Shown here one piece after another: positions 10,158 to 21,679 of a DNA stretch of 35,945 bases (its first letter is position 1; the number at the start of each line of letters is the position of its first letter). This DNA is from Basidioascus undulatus (Eukaryota). The translations under genes and the position numbers were made by a program. The stretch lies in contig JTLS01000061.1 of assembly GCA_000826855.1 (NCBI GenBank), forward strand, positions 1 through 35,945, in the 5' to 3' direction. The notes below the pieces were generated by a model, which made no database searches, was not told where the DNA came from, and saw nothing but the letters and a program-made list of their open reading frames with translations.

Positions 10158-11694
10158 ATGAAATTTCCATTCGAGCTCATCTCTCTCATTGCGCAGTTCT
10201 ACCTCTGTGGCGAAGTAGCGGGTACTGGGTGCGCCTGTAACGTCTTCAACTCTCGTAGGAATTTCGGGTGTACTCATCAAATCTATCCCCTCTTACAGGC
10301 TATATGATCCTGCACGATTCTCCGAGTATCTGGAGGAGAGTCTGCGCAGGCAGCAATGGTCGTTAGTGTGCCGGACTTTCAAAGTGCGTTGACTCTTGCT
10401 CGTGGGGAGTTTGGTAGAGGCGTGCAGTCGACTCACACCCTGCTATGTGTGGGCGGATGGACAGGCGATCGCGGAGGTGACACGAGTCAAAGGCCTCACC
10501 GTCATGCACCCCAACGACGCTGCGGTATTCATCCGCCTGCTCAAGAAGGGGGCGCTCAAGCTCGACTCCACCAGCGTTTTCCTCATCCTCGCCGTACCAG
10601 AGCTTTCGGCACAGCTGCTGTCTGCGCTCGTGCCCCTCATGCCCCTTCTCCCGAATCTCACCGCCATCCGCTCCCCGCCCCTACCGCCTCTCTTCGCCAA
10701 CGCGCTCATTGCAAACCCGGCGATGATCACGTCGGCGAGCCTGATGGTCGGGGAGTACCTTCGCGAACTCGAGCCTTACTCGGGCGCAGAGCTGCTCGAA
10801 GTCCAGCTTTCACGACCCTTGGCCTACGCCTGGCGCCCACCACCAATCCCGCTCTGCCCCGTCCTCACGCGTCTGAAGGTCACGGTTCGCCCGATGGCGT
10901 TAGCAACGCCGTACCTTGAGTTGCCGACGTCCTCGGCGGTCGTCTTCGCGAAGCTGAAGAAGATCGAGCTCGAGCAAGTCGAATCCGCTCCGCTCGAGCC
11001 GGTCAAAAGCCTCCTTCGTATGATCGGTCGGCAGGTAGAGGAGGCCGTCATTCACTCGCGCCGGCGTTGGTTCATCTACGACGCAACATGCTTCATGCCG
11101 AACCTCCTCCTGCTCGACGCCCACTCCCAGTCCCTTCTTCGGAACACCACACACCTCCCTTCCCTCCAAAACCCCATCCTCCGCCTCCCGGCCTCCCCCT
11201 GCTTCACCGGCGTCCCCCAGGACGACGTCTCCGAGCCCGGCACCCCTTCATCTTCCGCCATCGAAAACTACACCCCCCCGCCTAGCCCGTACTCCAACGA
11301 TCTCTCAATCCTCAACGACCTCGGGTACCCCGAAAGCCCCGGCCCTGCGTCCCCGGCATCCCCCTCCCTCTTCACCGCTCCGCGAATTCCCATCTCCTTC
11401 CCGAGGCGCGGCGAAAATTTGGTGCCCCCCGAAGCATCACTGAGGAACGCCGAAGTGGCGGAGGAGGGAGAGGTTCAGGAGTTGGAGGTTACTGAGACAA
11501 AGGGGAAGAGGAGGGAGGCAGGACAGGGGCAGGACGCTGAGGAGGAAGGGTCAAAGAAGGGGAAGAAGAAGAAGGGAGAGGAGAGGGTGCAAGAGGTCGG
11601 CAAGAGGCGGCAGCGGAAGAAGCGGGGGAGGGGTCCGCGAGCCGCAGATGTGAAGGACAACGGAGAGAGGAGCTCGAGCAGACCGCTGGGTTGA
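10158..11694 (+). CDS. F-box-like/LRR-like hypothetical protein, ~461 aa; exons 10158-10228, 10299-10383, 10465-11694
   Basis: Introns 10229..10298 (GTGCGC..CAG) and 10384..10464 (GTGCGT..CAG) join MKFPFELISLIAQF and QWSLVCRTFK (F-box-like) in frame to the long ORF. That ORF has LPNLTAI, LTRLKV, LKKIELE and MPNLLLLD LRR-like repeats and a Pro-rich then basic/acidic tail. Confidence 0.7.
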
Positions 11695-14049
11695 TCGCAC
11701 GGCAGCAGTCGACTTGTTTTACTCTGAGGTTCCGCTTGCATAATTTATACCAGAATTTCGCTACCTTCAAATATTATTCTATAACACTTCAGCTGCTGGA
11801 AGCGAATGTCAGTTTTGCCAGCGTGCAAGAGGGTGGACCAAGTACTCACGCGAGATGCCTCCTGCCAGATTCTGCCAGCACAGGCAGCGCTGGCTGGTGC
11901 TCAAATTAATGCTCTTCGGCTGAAATTGTTATCATAATGTGAGATTTGAGCAACAGTATCGTCGCTTGCCTCCTTTGAACAGCATCATCGGTTGCCTCGC
12001 AGAACCTGACCATCGGCAGGAAAGGATTCAACAACGAGGTGTGGTACTTGCAGAAGTTATACTTAAGGGTCGGCTTCTCGATAAAGAACCAAACGATTTT
12101 TATTGGCCAACTCTTTCAGGTAGAGCTCACACTTACGACATCCCAAGGCGTACTTCAAAGGCGAAACGAGATCATGGGGAACAGTGGACTTGGCCCGTGC
12201 GGGCAGCGCGCTTCGATGCGTTGCCAGGTTACTTACTGGCGGAAGCAAGATTCCCACCGAATTAGACACTGGACCCTTGCATACGGCCATGTAGGGGCTG
12301 CGGTGGCTCCTCAGGCAGGCGGTGGGAAAGGTAAGGAGCGAAAATCTATCGGGAGCAGGATGCCGAGAGGTCAATGAGGGAATTGAGATTACGGACGACT
12401 CTATGTGAATCGACAATCCAAGGTGATGTACAACCGCAGACAGAACGTTACCCTACAGATGGGGGATACCTGCAGCAAAACGCTTGGACTCCTTCAAAAA
12501 ATGAGCAGCGCGCCTGAAGCGTCTGCAGCTGTACTCTTGTCGCGAGACGGTCCGAGGTACTAGAACAAACAGTAATGCTGAAGAATGAAGAATAAGAGTA
12601 GCGAAGAAGAGGGCCTGACGCTTCGAGAGCTCCCATGCAGCAGAACGTCAGAGACGGTCAACCTGCTCATGCATAGTACGCATGGTCTCAGGAATTTTCA
12701 GAGTACCGAAGTTTATACAGTTTCGAGAAGGACCAACCAAGGCGCAATGAAAGGGAAATCAACTTTACACTTGTGACAGTCCCCCAGCCGAGCCTACGTC
12801 AGTTTGTGCTGCTTCGCTGCTTCTTTGGCACCAATCCTGCCATACACAGCCTTTGAGATAAATGTTCGAAAACTTACATAGTAATGAATAAAAGAGTGTT
12901 TGCACCTTGTACATCAAGCCCAGACAACGTCCAAAGCGCGGACGGCAGTCTGTCGAAGTGAGGACAGGACCGGCCTCTAGAAAACTCGTCAGTGCAGCCG
13001 AGCACTACACTGTACACGTATCTATTTCCTCTTGTACTCCTCTTCTGGTTTTACTTCGACTCCCAGCCTTCCAACCCTCTTCAGGTGCACAACAGGCCCC
13101 GATTCGACTGTGAACAATGCCGGCGCGCCCATGGCGAAGACGACGCGCGCAGGCGATCGAGTAGGCCGGACGAGCAGTTCAAGCTCAGTTGGCCTAATAA
13201 AAAAAGTAGATTCCAGTGAACGGAGAGGACAAGACGGACTACGAAGCCAGTGTGTAGGTCGCCGAGGCAGGTTGGAAGCTCAAAGCTTCGGCGTTGTGGG
13301 TACATGTGGGTCGAAGGGGTGGGCCGCACGGCATCGCAGTGCAATGTTACCGGGACACTAAGAAATGTAGCAGAGAATTCTTCCGAGGCTGGAAGCCAGT
13401 CCACTTTCACAACTCGGAGCAATGTCGACGATGTGCCCCAGCTCATGCGTCTCCAACTGAACCGTCCGACCCCCGAGGCGCGAACGAACAAACTACAAGC
13501 AGGATCTGGTTGTATTAAATGCTATAGTTAATATGACCCCTTGACCAGCTGTCCTCAAGTAACAAATAGGGGGTTAAAATGATTGTTCGGGCCACGAGAG
13601 CTACGCCGCCAGATGAGCGAGCCAGCTGCTTCGACTGCGCTCAGGCTCCGCAACGGTACTTCGTTACTTTCACGTTCAGTCACGGGCCCCACTTGCGCTT
13701 CGACCCAGGTCCTCGCCCGAAGTTCGAGCAATTTTCAATCAAGACGCCGCGCGACCTCATGTTGACCTGACGCAGACCCTCGTACTCGGGCCTTCCCCTG
13801 CAGTAAATGGAAACGATCTGAGCCTCCGGCAAAGTCCAGATTACAGGCATAGCTCTCCAAATCCCCCAGTTGTTCAAGTCCGTGAGGGAGAGACCGCTTG
13901 GGGACCTGCGCCGGCGTCTAAGCCCACGAGCATATTCAATGAAACGGGAAAGTGCACGAGACCCATATATTCCTCTCAATGTAATTCGCATGCTCACCCC
14001 CCTTCTCCATTCGCATACCTCCCCAGCGTCAACCCCGACCCGGTACCCA

Positions 14050-15467
14050 TCACGCCCCCTCTCCGCTCTTGCCCTCCCCGGTCCCGCCCTCCTCTTCCTT
14101 GCCCTTCCCCCTCCCCGCAGGCGGTGGGAAATAAAGGGGCAGCTTCTCGCCATACACCTCCCAATCGCGGTCCAAGAAGATGATAAACACGACGCGGTCG
14201 ATCTGTGCCTCACTAACATTAGCATTCACAACGGGGATAATGCGGAGAGAAGCAAAGGGCGCACGGTGTCACCGCGGTCGGATTCGAGGTACGCCCGCAC
14301 CGTATCGAGCGCCACGTCCGTCGCGTCCTCTATCGGGTAGCCGTACACGCCTGTGCTGATGTTCGGGAAGGCCTGTTCCCACCAACCCCAACCATCAACC
14401 CTCATTACTCTCCTCTTCTCCTTTCTTCCTCTGCTCTCTTCGGGAGAACGGGGTAGTGGGGAAGGGGAATGGGTCACGTACGACGCTCCGTGCCCCATTC
14501 TCAGACGCGACCTCCAGACTCCTCCGGTACGCAGACCGCAGCGCCGCCTCGCTGCCTGACACGTCGCGCCGGCTATAGATCGGTCCGACGGTGTGGATTA
14601 CGTGCTTCGCTGGGAGCTGGATGGGTCTTGGGTCGCATAAGAATCGAGGTGGGTAAGGGAGCGGGACAGGAGAGGGGGGATGGAGAGGGAGAGGAAGGGG
14701 GGATGGAGAGGGAGAGGGAGAGGGAGAGAGAGTCCGAGAAGGCGGGGAGAGGGAGACCAAAAAGGAAAGGAAGAGGGAGAGGGGACAGGGAGAGGGAGGG
14801 AGAGGGAGAAGGAGGGAAAGAAGGGACGGACATCGTGCCCGCCTGTGATTTTTGCGTTGCCGGTGTCGCACCCGTCCAGAGTACCTATAGAAGGAGGAAG
14901 ACACAGACGAGCATGATGAGCATAATTTTGCCCAGAAAAAGAGTGTTAAGAGAACAGCGAGATGAAGCAGGAGAGGAGACAGACGCACGGCACTCATCGA
15001 GCAGCCCCCTCCCCGCCGCACGGTGGATCGCGCCGTCCACTGCGCGCCCCACGCACGCACCAGTTCAACACCCAACACCCGTCCCCCAGTCCACCATCTC
15101 ATTCTATCCTATCCGACGCACCTCCCCCGCCGCCCAGCAAGCTCTCGTTCGCAGCGTTGACAATCGCGTCGATGTCAAGCTTCGTGATGTCGCCTTTGAA
15201 GTACGACACTTTGCTATTTCCCATTCCCCATACACACACACCTCATCAGGTTCTCCCTCCCTCCTCAACTAAGCGGAGCGCGTACCGGTTTAAAGCCTCC
15301 GAGAAAGGCTTGCGCGGCTGCTCGCCCACCGGAAGCGCCAGCTTTGAGGAGGCGTAGAGGTCTGTGAGGGTGGGGATGGAGGAGAGCGGGATGGGCGCGC
15401 GGGAGGTGGACATGGTTTGCGAGGCGGATCTAGGAATCGAGTGCAGAGCGCGGCGGAGGATGTGCAT
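14050..15467 (-). CDS. Macro-domain protein (MacroD/O-acetyl-ADP-ribose deacetylase-like); exons 15467-15286, 15213-15122, 15039-14989, 14884-14832, 14616-14482, 14372-14265, 14202-14050
   Basis: Spliced product contains [61 protein letters not shown] and [13 protein letters not shown]. All six introns are GT-AG and keep the frame. TGA at 14050-14052. Confidence 0.95.
14645..14825. repeat. GA/CT-rich low-complexity tract with (GAGAGG)n inside macro-domain intron 4
   Basis: Purine-only runs such as gagagggagagggagagggagagag on the + strand within intron 14617..14831. Confidence 0.8.
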
Positions 15468-16152
15468 GCGAGTTTGGAGGGAGGCGGTGTTGAGGGTGGG
15501 AAGGCTAGGAAGGTTGCGTCATTTAGCGGGAATGCGCGGGGAGGTAAACACGTTGTTGCACGTTGGGATATCGCAGCTCGAAGTACATGCTTCACAATAG
15601 TTCAGATGTAACAGGATTTTATTGAAAAGATCGACAGTGATGGTGGGCACTTGAGACATGGCGGTGATGGTACATACTCCCTGACGGCCAGGCAGTGACT
15701 GCCAGAGTGCGACATCCAGAATACCGACACCGTGATTTCGACGGATCTCCAGGCTGTGAATTATTGAATATTTGAGATGTCGGTGTTGATCGAGTAGGGC
15801 CTCTATCCCTACGGGTGTGCAACGCCGCAGGCATGCGATGATCCCGAAAGCTGCGAGTCTGCTCGTCGTGGAATGGACTTGTCAAGTCAGAGTCCCGTTC
15901 CACTTAGCCCAACAGCACCCCGACGCACGCGTGTGCGCTCGCAAACCTGCAGCATTCAATGCCCCCGCCCCTCCATCGCACCCATCCTTCCTCCTCCCCC
16001 CTCCCTCCTCCTCCACCACACAAGCCCACAAATAACACGAAACACACCGTCCGTTCGCAACCGTCCTCATCCCCACCGGCCCTTCGCCCTCCTGAACCAA
16101 CCCGAGCCCCGTCCAACGAATCCCTGCCACCCTCCTTCGCTGCACGATGCGC

Positions 16153-17214
16153 TTAACCGTAGACGAGACTGGACCGCCGCGGGCAAGAGGGAGTTAGTAC
16201 ATAGAGGGGTGTGGAAGCGGAGGGGGACGGACCGGAAGACGTCGTTCTGACTTTGTGCGCCAGCATGGTTCCGCGTTAGCCGGCCGTCGGGACAGAGAGG
16301 AAAGGACGCGGGGGAGGCAGAGGAGCAAGGAGGAGAGAGGGAGGCAGAGGGGAGAGCGAGGTAACACGCACACATAGTAGCTCCCGCCCTCCGGGACGAG
16401 CTGGAAGACCTGCGAGAACTGGAGCGGGTTCGTGCCGTCGTCGACCTGTGCGCCCGGGGTCAGATTGGGCAAGGGGAGAAGGGAGCAGTGTAGAGTGCGG
16501 AGAAGAGGGAAGGTAGAGAGGAAGAGGGCAACGGGAGACGCACGAGCAGCTGCCCAGTGACGAGGACGAGCAAGCTCGCGACGGTGGGGGACGACGGCTG
16601 GGCGTCGATGGTAGACACGCGGTGCTGAACCTTGGCGAAGGGGAGGGACTGTGCCGCACCACCACCAGCACATCAAACCCCAAGCCCACCCAGCACTAGA
16701 TCAGCATGTCGCACGCGAGGAGAGGAGGTGGGGTGGAGGGAGGGGGAACGGACGGTAAGCTTCTCGGTGATCGGCCCCGCGCCCTGGATCTGCGTCTGCT
16801 CCCAAGTGAGCATGGAGGAGTCGCGCTGTCCGCGAACAAAGCCCCAAAGCACGGGCGGTTAGTATACTAGACGGAGGGAGGAGTGGGAGGGGAGGGGAGC
16901 TGGGGAGGGAGGACGGACGTAGAGCGGCTGGAGGCCGGCGCGGTTCGAGTCGAACGTCTGGTAGTAGAACTGCGTGCGTGGAAGGGGTTGAGCTGTTGGA
17001 TAGAGGTGCAGGTGGGCGGTAGCTCACGTCCGTGAACTGCGGGTTTGAGTGGAGCGGGTTCAGCATCGGAGGACGAGGGGAGGAGGGGGAGATGAAGGAC
17101 GGACCTGCTTGGCGATAGTCTGGGGATCGGCCCTGTTCCCCCAGCAGATCATCAGCGTTTGTGCATGAAAATAATCTAGGGATGTCTGTGGGATTGAAGG
17201 GTGAAGTTGTACAT
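16153..17214 (-). CDS. NTF2: Nuclear transport factor 2, 124 aa; exons 17214-17213, 17132-17105, 17036-17028, 16969-16919, 16825-16754, 16648-16544, 16445-16372, 16250-16233, 16168-16153
   Basis: Spliced: [124 protein letters not shown]. Exon lengths sum to 375 nt. Confidence 0.96.
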
Positions 17215-17453
17215 TGTGTGAGCTGCGAGCGGGGTACGAGGGTCTGAAGGCGAGCGGATGGATGGTCAGAGGGCACAGGGCGCGCGCCTGCCCGCGCTTG
17301 AGCACCGAGCGTCGGGGTCGCTGCGCCCGTGTTGGGTTGTCCCCCGACCGCTTTCCCTGCCGCTCACCGTCTTCTCTCTTCTTCACACGATCACCTTCTC
17401 CTCCTCACGCACCATTTCCAGTCCTTTAAATCCTACACCAATTCCTCCCGAAC
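17215..17453. promoter_or_regulatory. Probable bidirectional promoter between NTF2 and the hypothetical gene
   Basis: Two divergent start codons lie only 240 bp apart, with pyrimidine-rich tracts facing each gene. Confidence 0.55.
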
Positions 17454-18592
17454 ATGAGCGACCCCCCCGCCCGGCCACCTGGCATGCGCCGCAAGTCCTC
17501 AGCGTCCAACCTGCTCAACACCTTCTCCTCCTCCACTTCCACCACCTCCTCCGCCACCGCCCGGCGCGAGCGGGACGCGTCGAACTATGCCTCCTCCGAC
17601 ACCGCCTCTCTGCACGGCGGGGACGCGATGAGCATCCGCGGTGGCGGCGGCGGGGGGGACAGCGACAGCATCATCTCGTCCTCTGCGTCGGTGCGGCAGG
17701 AGCAGCCGGGCAGGCTGCTCGGCGCGGACGCACTGAGGGAGACGGTCCAGCGCAGGGGGAGGAGCTTCCAGATCATGCGGCTTGCGCATGAGGGGTGAGT
17801 CGAGTGTGCGCCCCCTTCCCCCCCTCTGGCAGGGCAGGCTGATGCGGAGATGGACGCGCACAGGCGCATACACTGGTTCAATACCATCCTCCTTACCCGA
17901 CCGGATCTCGAAGCTGCTCTGGACGACAACAAGATGCGAAGACGGTGCGAGTCCCCTCCCCTCCCCCTTCCCCATCTCCCCGTCTTCCCCCTCTGACGCG
18001 GAACTGCGCGCGCGCAGAACGAACCGCTTCCTTATCCTCGGCATGTCCCTCTCGACGCTCTTTGAGAACCAGAACGCGTCGGACTTCATCCGCTCCCTTG
18101 GCGCGCTCCTTACCGAGTACGACGCGCTCGAGGACGAGAACTACAAGCCCAAGATCGTCCGTCCCTGCCCTACCTCCCCCACCTGCCCCTTCTCGCCCCT
18201 TTCCACCGATTCCCTACCCCCCTCCCTCGGAGCTGCAAGCTGAATAGCTGGTCCCCGGGGGAGCAGCGCAACATCTTTAAGACGAACAAAGGCTCTCGAC
18301 GAGGGCCGAGCTCGGCCGGACTGGGGGACGGCGAAGTCACGTACCTCCTCTCACCCAACATCGTGCGCCTCCTCCGTCCTCCTTCTTCCTCCCCCCTTCA
18401 CCTCCTCCGTTCTCCCCTCTAACCCGCCACCCCTCCCCGCAGCCCTTCCAACTCTCCTACTTCGAAGTGCTCTACACCCTATGCGACACGCTCGCGCACA
18501 TCTACGCCAAGCTCCTCTCCTTCCTCTCCCCCCCATCCACCACCGGCACCTCTTACACCTCCCTCACCCCACACTCTCCTTCTCCTTCCTAA
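17454..18592 (+). CDS. Conserved fungal hypothetical protein, possibly 3'-truncated; exons 17454-17794, 17864-17944, 18018-18156, 18267-18362, 18443-18592
   Basis: Four GT-AG introns keep the frame: ...RLAHEGRIHWFNTILL...RRRTNRFLILGMSLSTL...YLLSPNIPFQLSYFEVLYTLCDTLAHIYAKLL... It ends at TAA 18590-18592 in Ser/Pro low-complexity sequence. Confidence 0.8.
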
Positions 18593-18643
18593 TCTCCATC
18601 TCCTCCATCTCCTACTCCTTCTCATACCGCAACCCCGGCGCAG

Positions 18644-20614
18644 ATCCTCCCCCTCCACCCGCTCACGCAAGAAGACATCCTGCACCAAGACCCGCGCGAG
18701 AAGTTCGAGGCCTTCGATCGCCTCGGCTACTTCTTCGTCGTCTTCCGCGGCGTCGACGAGCGCTACTTCCGCCTCTCGGACGCCACGCCGCGCAACAGCA
18801 TGAGCGGTGCTGCTCCCGACAACAGCGCTGGGGGTGGGGCCGGGGCGCGCCCGAAAAAGAAGATGGAGATCGTCGAGGGCGTGGGCGGGAAGGAGGGCGT
18901 GGAGGGCGTCGGTGTCGGAGGGATCAATCTCTATGTCGTCGTGTTCAGGTGCGTGCTCCTTACGACTGTTGCGCATGCCAGGCCATATTCGGTGCTGAGA
19001 GCCCGTTCGCGTTCCTCTCATCCAGGAGTGGAATCGTCACTGTACACCTCCATATCTTCTCTATGGCAATATCGCAGCAGCGCGCTCATCCACACTTTCT
19101 TTATTTTCCAGTTCCACTTTGACGACATCGCCAAGCACACGGACCGCGTCATCCGCAAGCTCTTCTCCCTCGTCGATAGCACGCGCATCTCGCCCGGTGC
19201 GCCTCCCTTCTCATCCCCACCCCCTCCCAGTCCCGCAACGCGCTCACCCGTCTCCCTTCCCCCTGCCCGCCAGTCTGGATCGCCCACGGCCTGCTAGACT
19301 CCTTCGTCGATGCCTTCCTGTGCGCCCCGCTCATGCACTTCCCCACCCCGCCGCGCCCGCGCTGACTCCCGGCTCGCCGCCGCCCCAGACCCCTCATCGA
19401 GTACATCGAGCGCGAGACGGACGAGATCGATGAGCTCGTCGTCGACCCACGCGGGCGGCGCGCAGAGCTCTCCAAGGCCACCTCTGACGCTCCTCCGTCC
19501 GTATGGGACGCCGACGACGACGGCGATGGGTACGATTCCACCGCCGAAAAGATGCGCGACGAGGAAGAGAAGCTTGGTCTGCCCGCCTCACGGCGCTTCA
19601 CCCCGCCCTCCACGACCGGCGCGGCGTCCCTTCTCCCGATCGGGACGGCCGCGACGGCGGACATCTCCTTCGCTGCGCGGTTACTCCCGCGCGGCACGGC
19701 GCGGCGGCGCTTCGAGAAGAAGAAGGACCGCAGCCACGTGCGCGTGCCGGACGAGATCCGGTTCATGGCGAGCAGCAGCTTCAGCCAGGCGTACCTCCTC
19801 AAGCGCATGACCGACACGCGCAGGCTTGTTACGGGCCTCAGCCGCCTCCTCGGAGGGAAGACGGACGTGCTCCGACAGCTGAGGAAGCGCGTCGCGGAGA
19901 GCAGAAGGGCGGGGACGGGGGAGGTGATTGTTTACATTGGCGATGTCGAGGGTGCGTCGATTGCCGCTTCTTCCCTCTTCGGCCTTGCTGCTTCTCACGT
20001 GGGATGTGCGAGTTTCTGACTGACCCGCCCGCCCGACAGACCACATCATCTCCTTCCTCCAGACGCTCACGCACAACGAGCGCGTCCTCTCGCACTCGCA
20101 CCCAGCGTACCTCGCCCAGCTCGGCGTCGGCCACGCGCTCGCCAAGGTCGGCTCGGACAAGTCCATCCTCGCCATCTCCGTCATCTCCATCTGCGCCCTC
20201 CCCGTCGCGCTCTGGACTTGTGCGTCCGCTCCTCTCCTCTTCCCGTTCTACTGACAGTCGGACTGACATGGCGCTCTCGTCTCTCTCAGCGCTGTTCGGG
20301 ATGAATGTGCGCTCTGATTCTCATGCATATCGGCTGGTTGCTTCAAAAGAAAACACAGCCATCCTGACCCGCCCTCCCCGTCGCCGCAGGTCCGCGTCCC
20401 GCACAACGGGCAGCCAGAAAACCCGGAGGACGGGCACGGCCCGCCGTACGTCTCGGCGGACGGCGGCACCGCACCGTACGGCTTCTTCGGCATGGTCGTC
20501 GCCGGCGTCGTCGTCATCTTTGTCGCCGTCGCGCTCCTCGTCCGGTACTGGTGGAGGCAAGCCAAGCGCGAGGGGAGGCGCGCGACGGCGAGGAGGTTGG
20601 GGCAGCAGGGGTGA
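18644..20614 (+). CDS. CorA-family (Alr1/Mnr2-like) Mg2+ transporter with no visible 5' exons or start codon; exons 18644-18948, 19026-19041, 19112-19196, 19274-19319, 19389-19951, 20040-20219, 20290-20306, 20390-20614
   Basis: Motifs LHPLTQEDILHQDPREKFE...GYFFVVFR, WIAHGLLDSFVDAFLPLIEYIERETDEID and YIGDVEDHI, then a TM helix with SLFGMNVRVP (GMN signature) and a second TM helix FFGMVVAGVVVIFVAVALLV. TGA at 20612-20614. Confidence 0.9.
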
Positions 20615-20956
20615 GCTGGAGAGTTGGTTCGTCGTATTGTCTGCATGGAGACACCTTGACGTTCGTTAGCATAAGACTGCCCTCCATATCACCTTTCGCG
20701 ATGTTTTACGCTGGCGCTGCCGGTGTTTCGCGAATTGCCGCTCGAGCCCAGCACAGTCTCACTTGCCTTCCGATCCTCACGCTGCATTTGTGTGATAAGG
20801 ATTGCCATGTTTCCGAGAACCCGAAAAATGAAGCATAAATCATTGGCAAACAGGACAGCAAGGCATCGCGGATGCCCCTGAGGAAGAGGAGGGCAGCTCC
20901 CGGGCCGGCGCGAGGATGTGGGAGGCTGACCACTGCACATCGATGACTGGGGGTAT

Positions 20957-20987
20957 GCAGGTAGGCAGGTAGGCAGGTAGGCAGGTA
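20957..20987. repeat. Tandem repeat (GCAGGTAG) x ~3.9
   Basis: gcaggtag gcaggtag gcaggtag gcaggta read directly. Confidence 0.9.
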
Positions 20988-21679
20988 TTAAATGGAAGGT
21001 CACTACATGTACAAGTTACTCGACAGTCATCTCTCGCGTGATTACAATTCCACAAGTCTGCAGCCTGAAGAATCCTCGCTCAGCTGGTGTTGCGCGTGGA
21101 TCTCAGACGCCCCTCACCTCAACGTAGAGAACATCAACCGAGTTGTATGCTTCAGCACTGACACAATTTGGCGGTCGGCGATGTGTCAACGCAGGAAGGT
21201 CGGTATATTGAGCCGGTGCAAGTCCACAAAGCTCGTCGCGCCCTCGCCGCCTTCGCATGTTCACACACCGAGCAGCTTGACTTGAGCTTGTGATACAGAT
21301 TATTTCTCGAGGTCGGATATTACCGGCGATTTTCATCCAAAGGGACCGCGATGAATAAGATGCTCGATTGATCTGCCACTCTCGCGGAAGAGGCTGACCT
21401 CGCATGCGCCCCTTGCGCTCGCCACCGCAGCAGTCCCTGCCTACAACAGCCTTCAGCGCACAACAAGCATCTTTCAACGCTACTCTCTCCAACCTTTTAT
21501 ATTGAAATTCTCCAAAACATTGGAATAGATCCAACGGAGGGATATCCGATCCCGCTTGTGACTTACTACTTGAAGAAGAACGACTGCATCTGCTGCTTAC
21601 CGTTCTTCCGTCTCCATCCTTTGAAAACGAAAATCCTCTCCTCCACAAACTCTCTATCGCACAACCCTTATATTCCCAC

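Noticed and set aside
11900..13900. Short ORFs in lower-GC DNA, considered as possible TE or viral remnants
   Set aside because: No RT, integrase, transposase, capsid or RdRp motifs and no terminal repeats found.
18481..20669. Alternate-frame ORFs over the CorA gene (e.g. 19503..20669, 388 aa)
   Set aside because: GC-rich shadow frames of the spliced CorA CDS.
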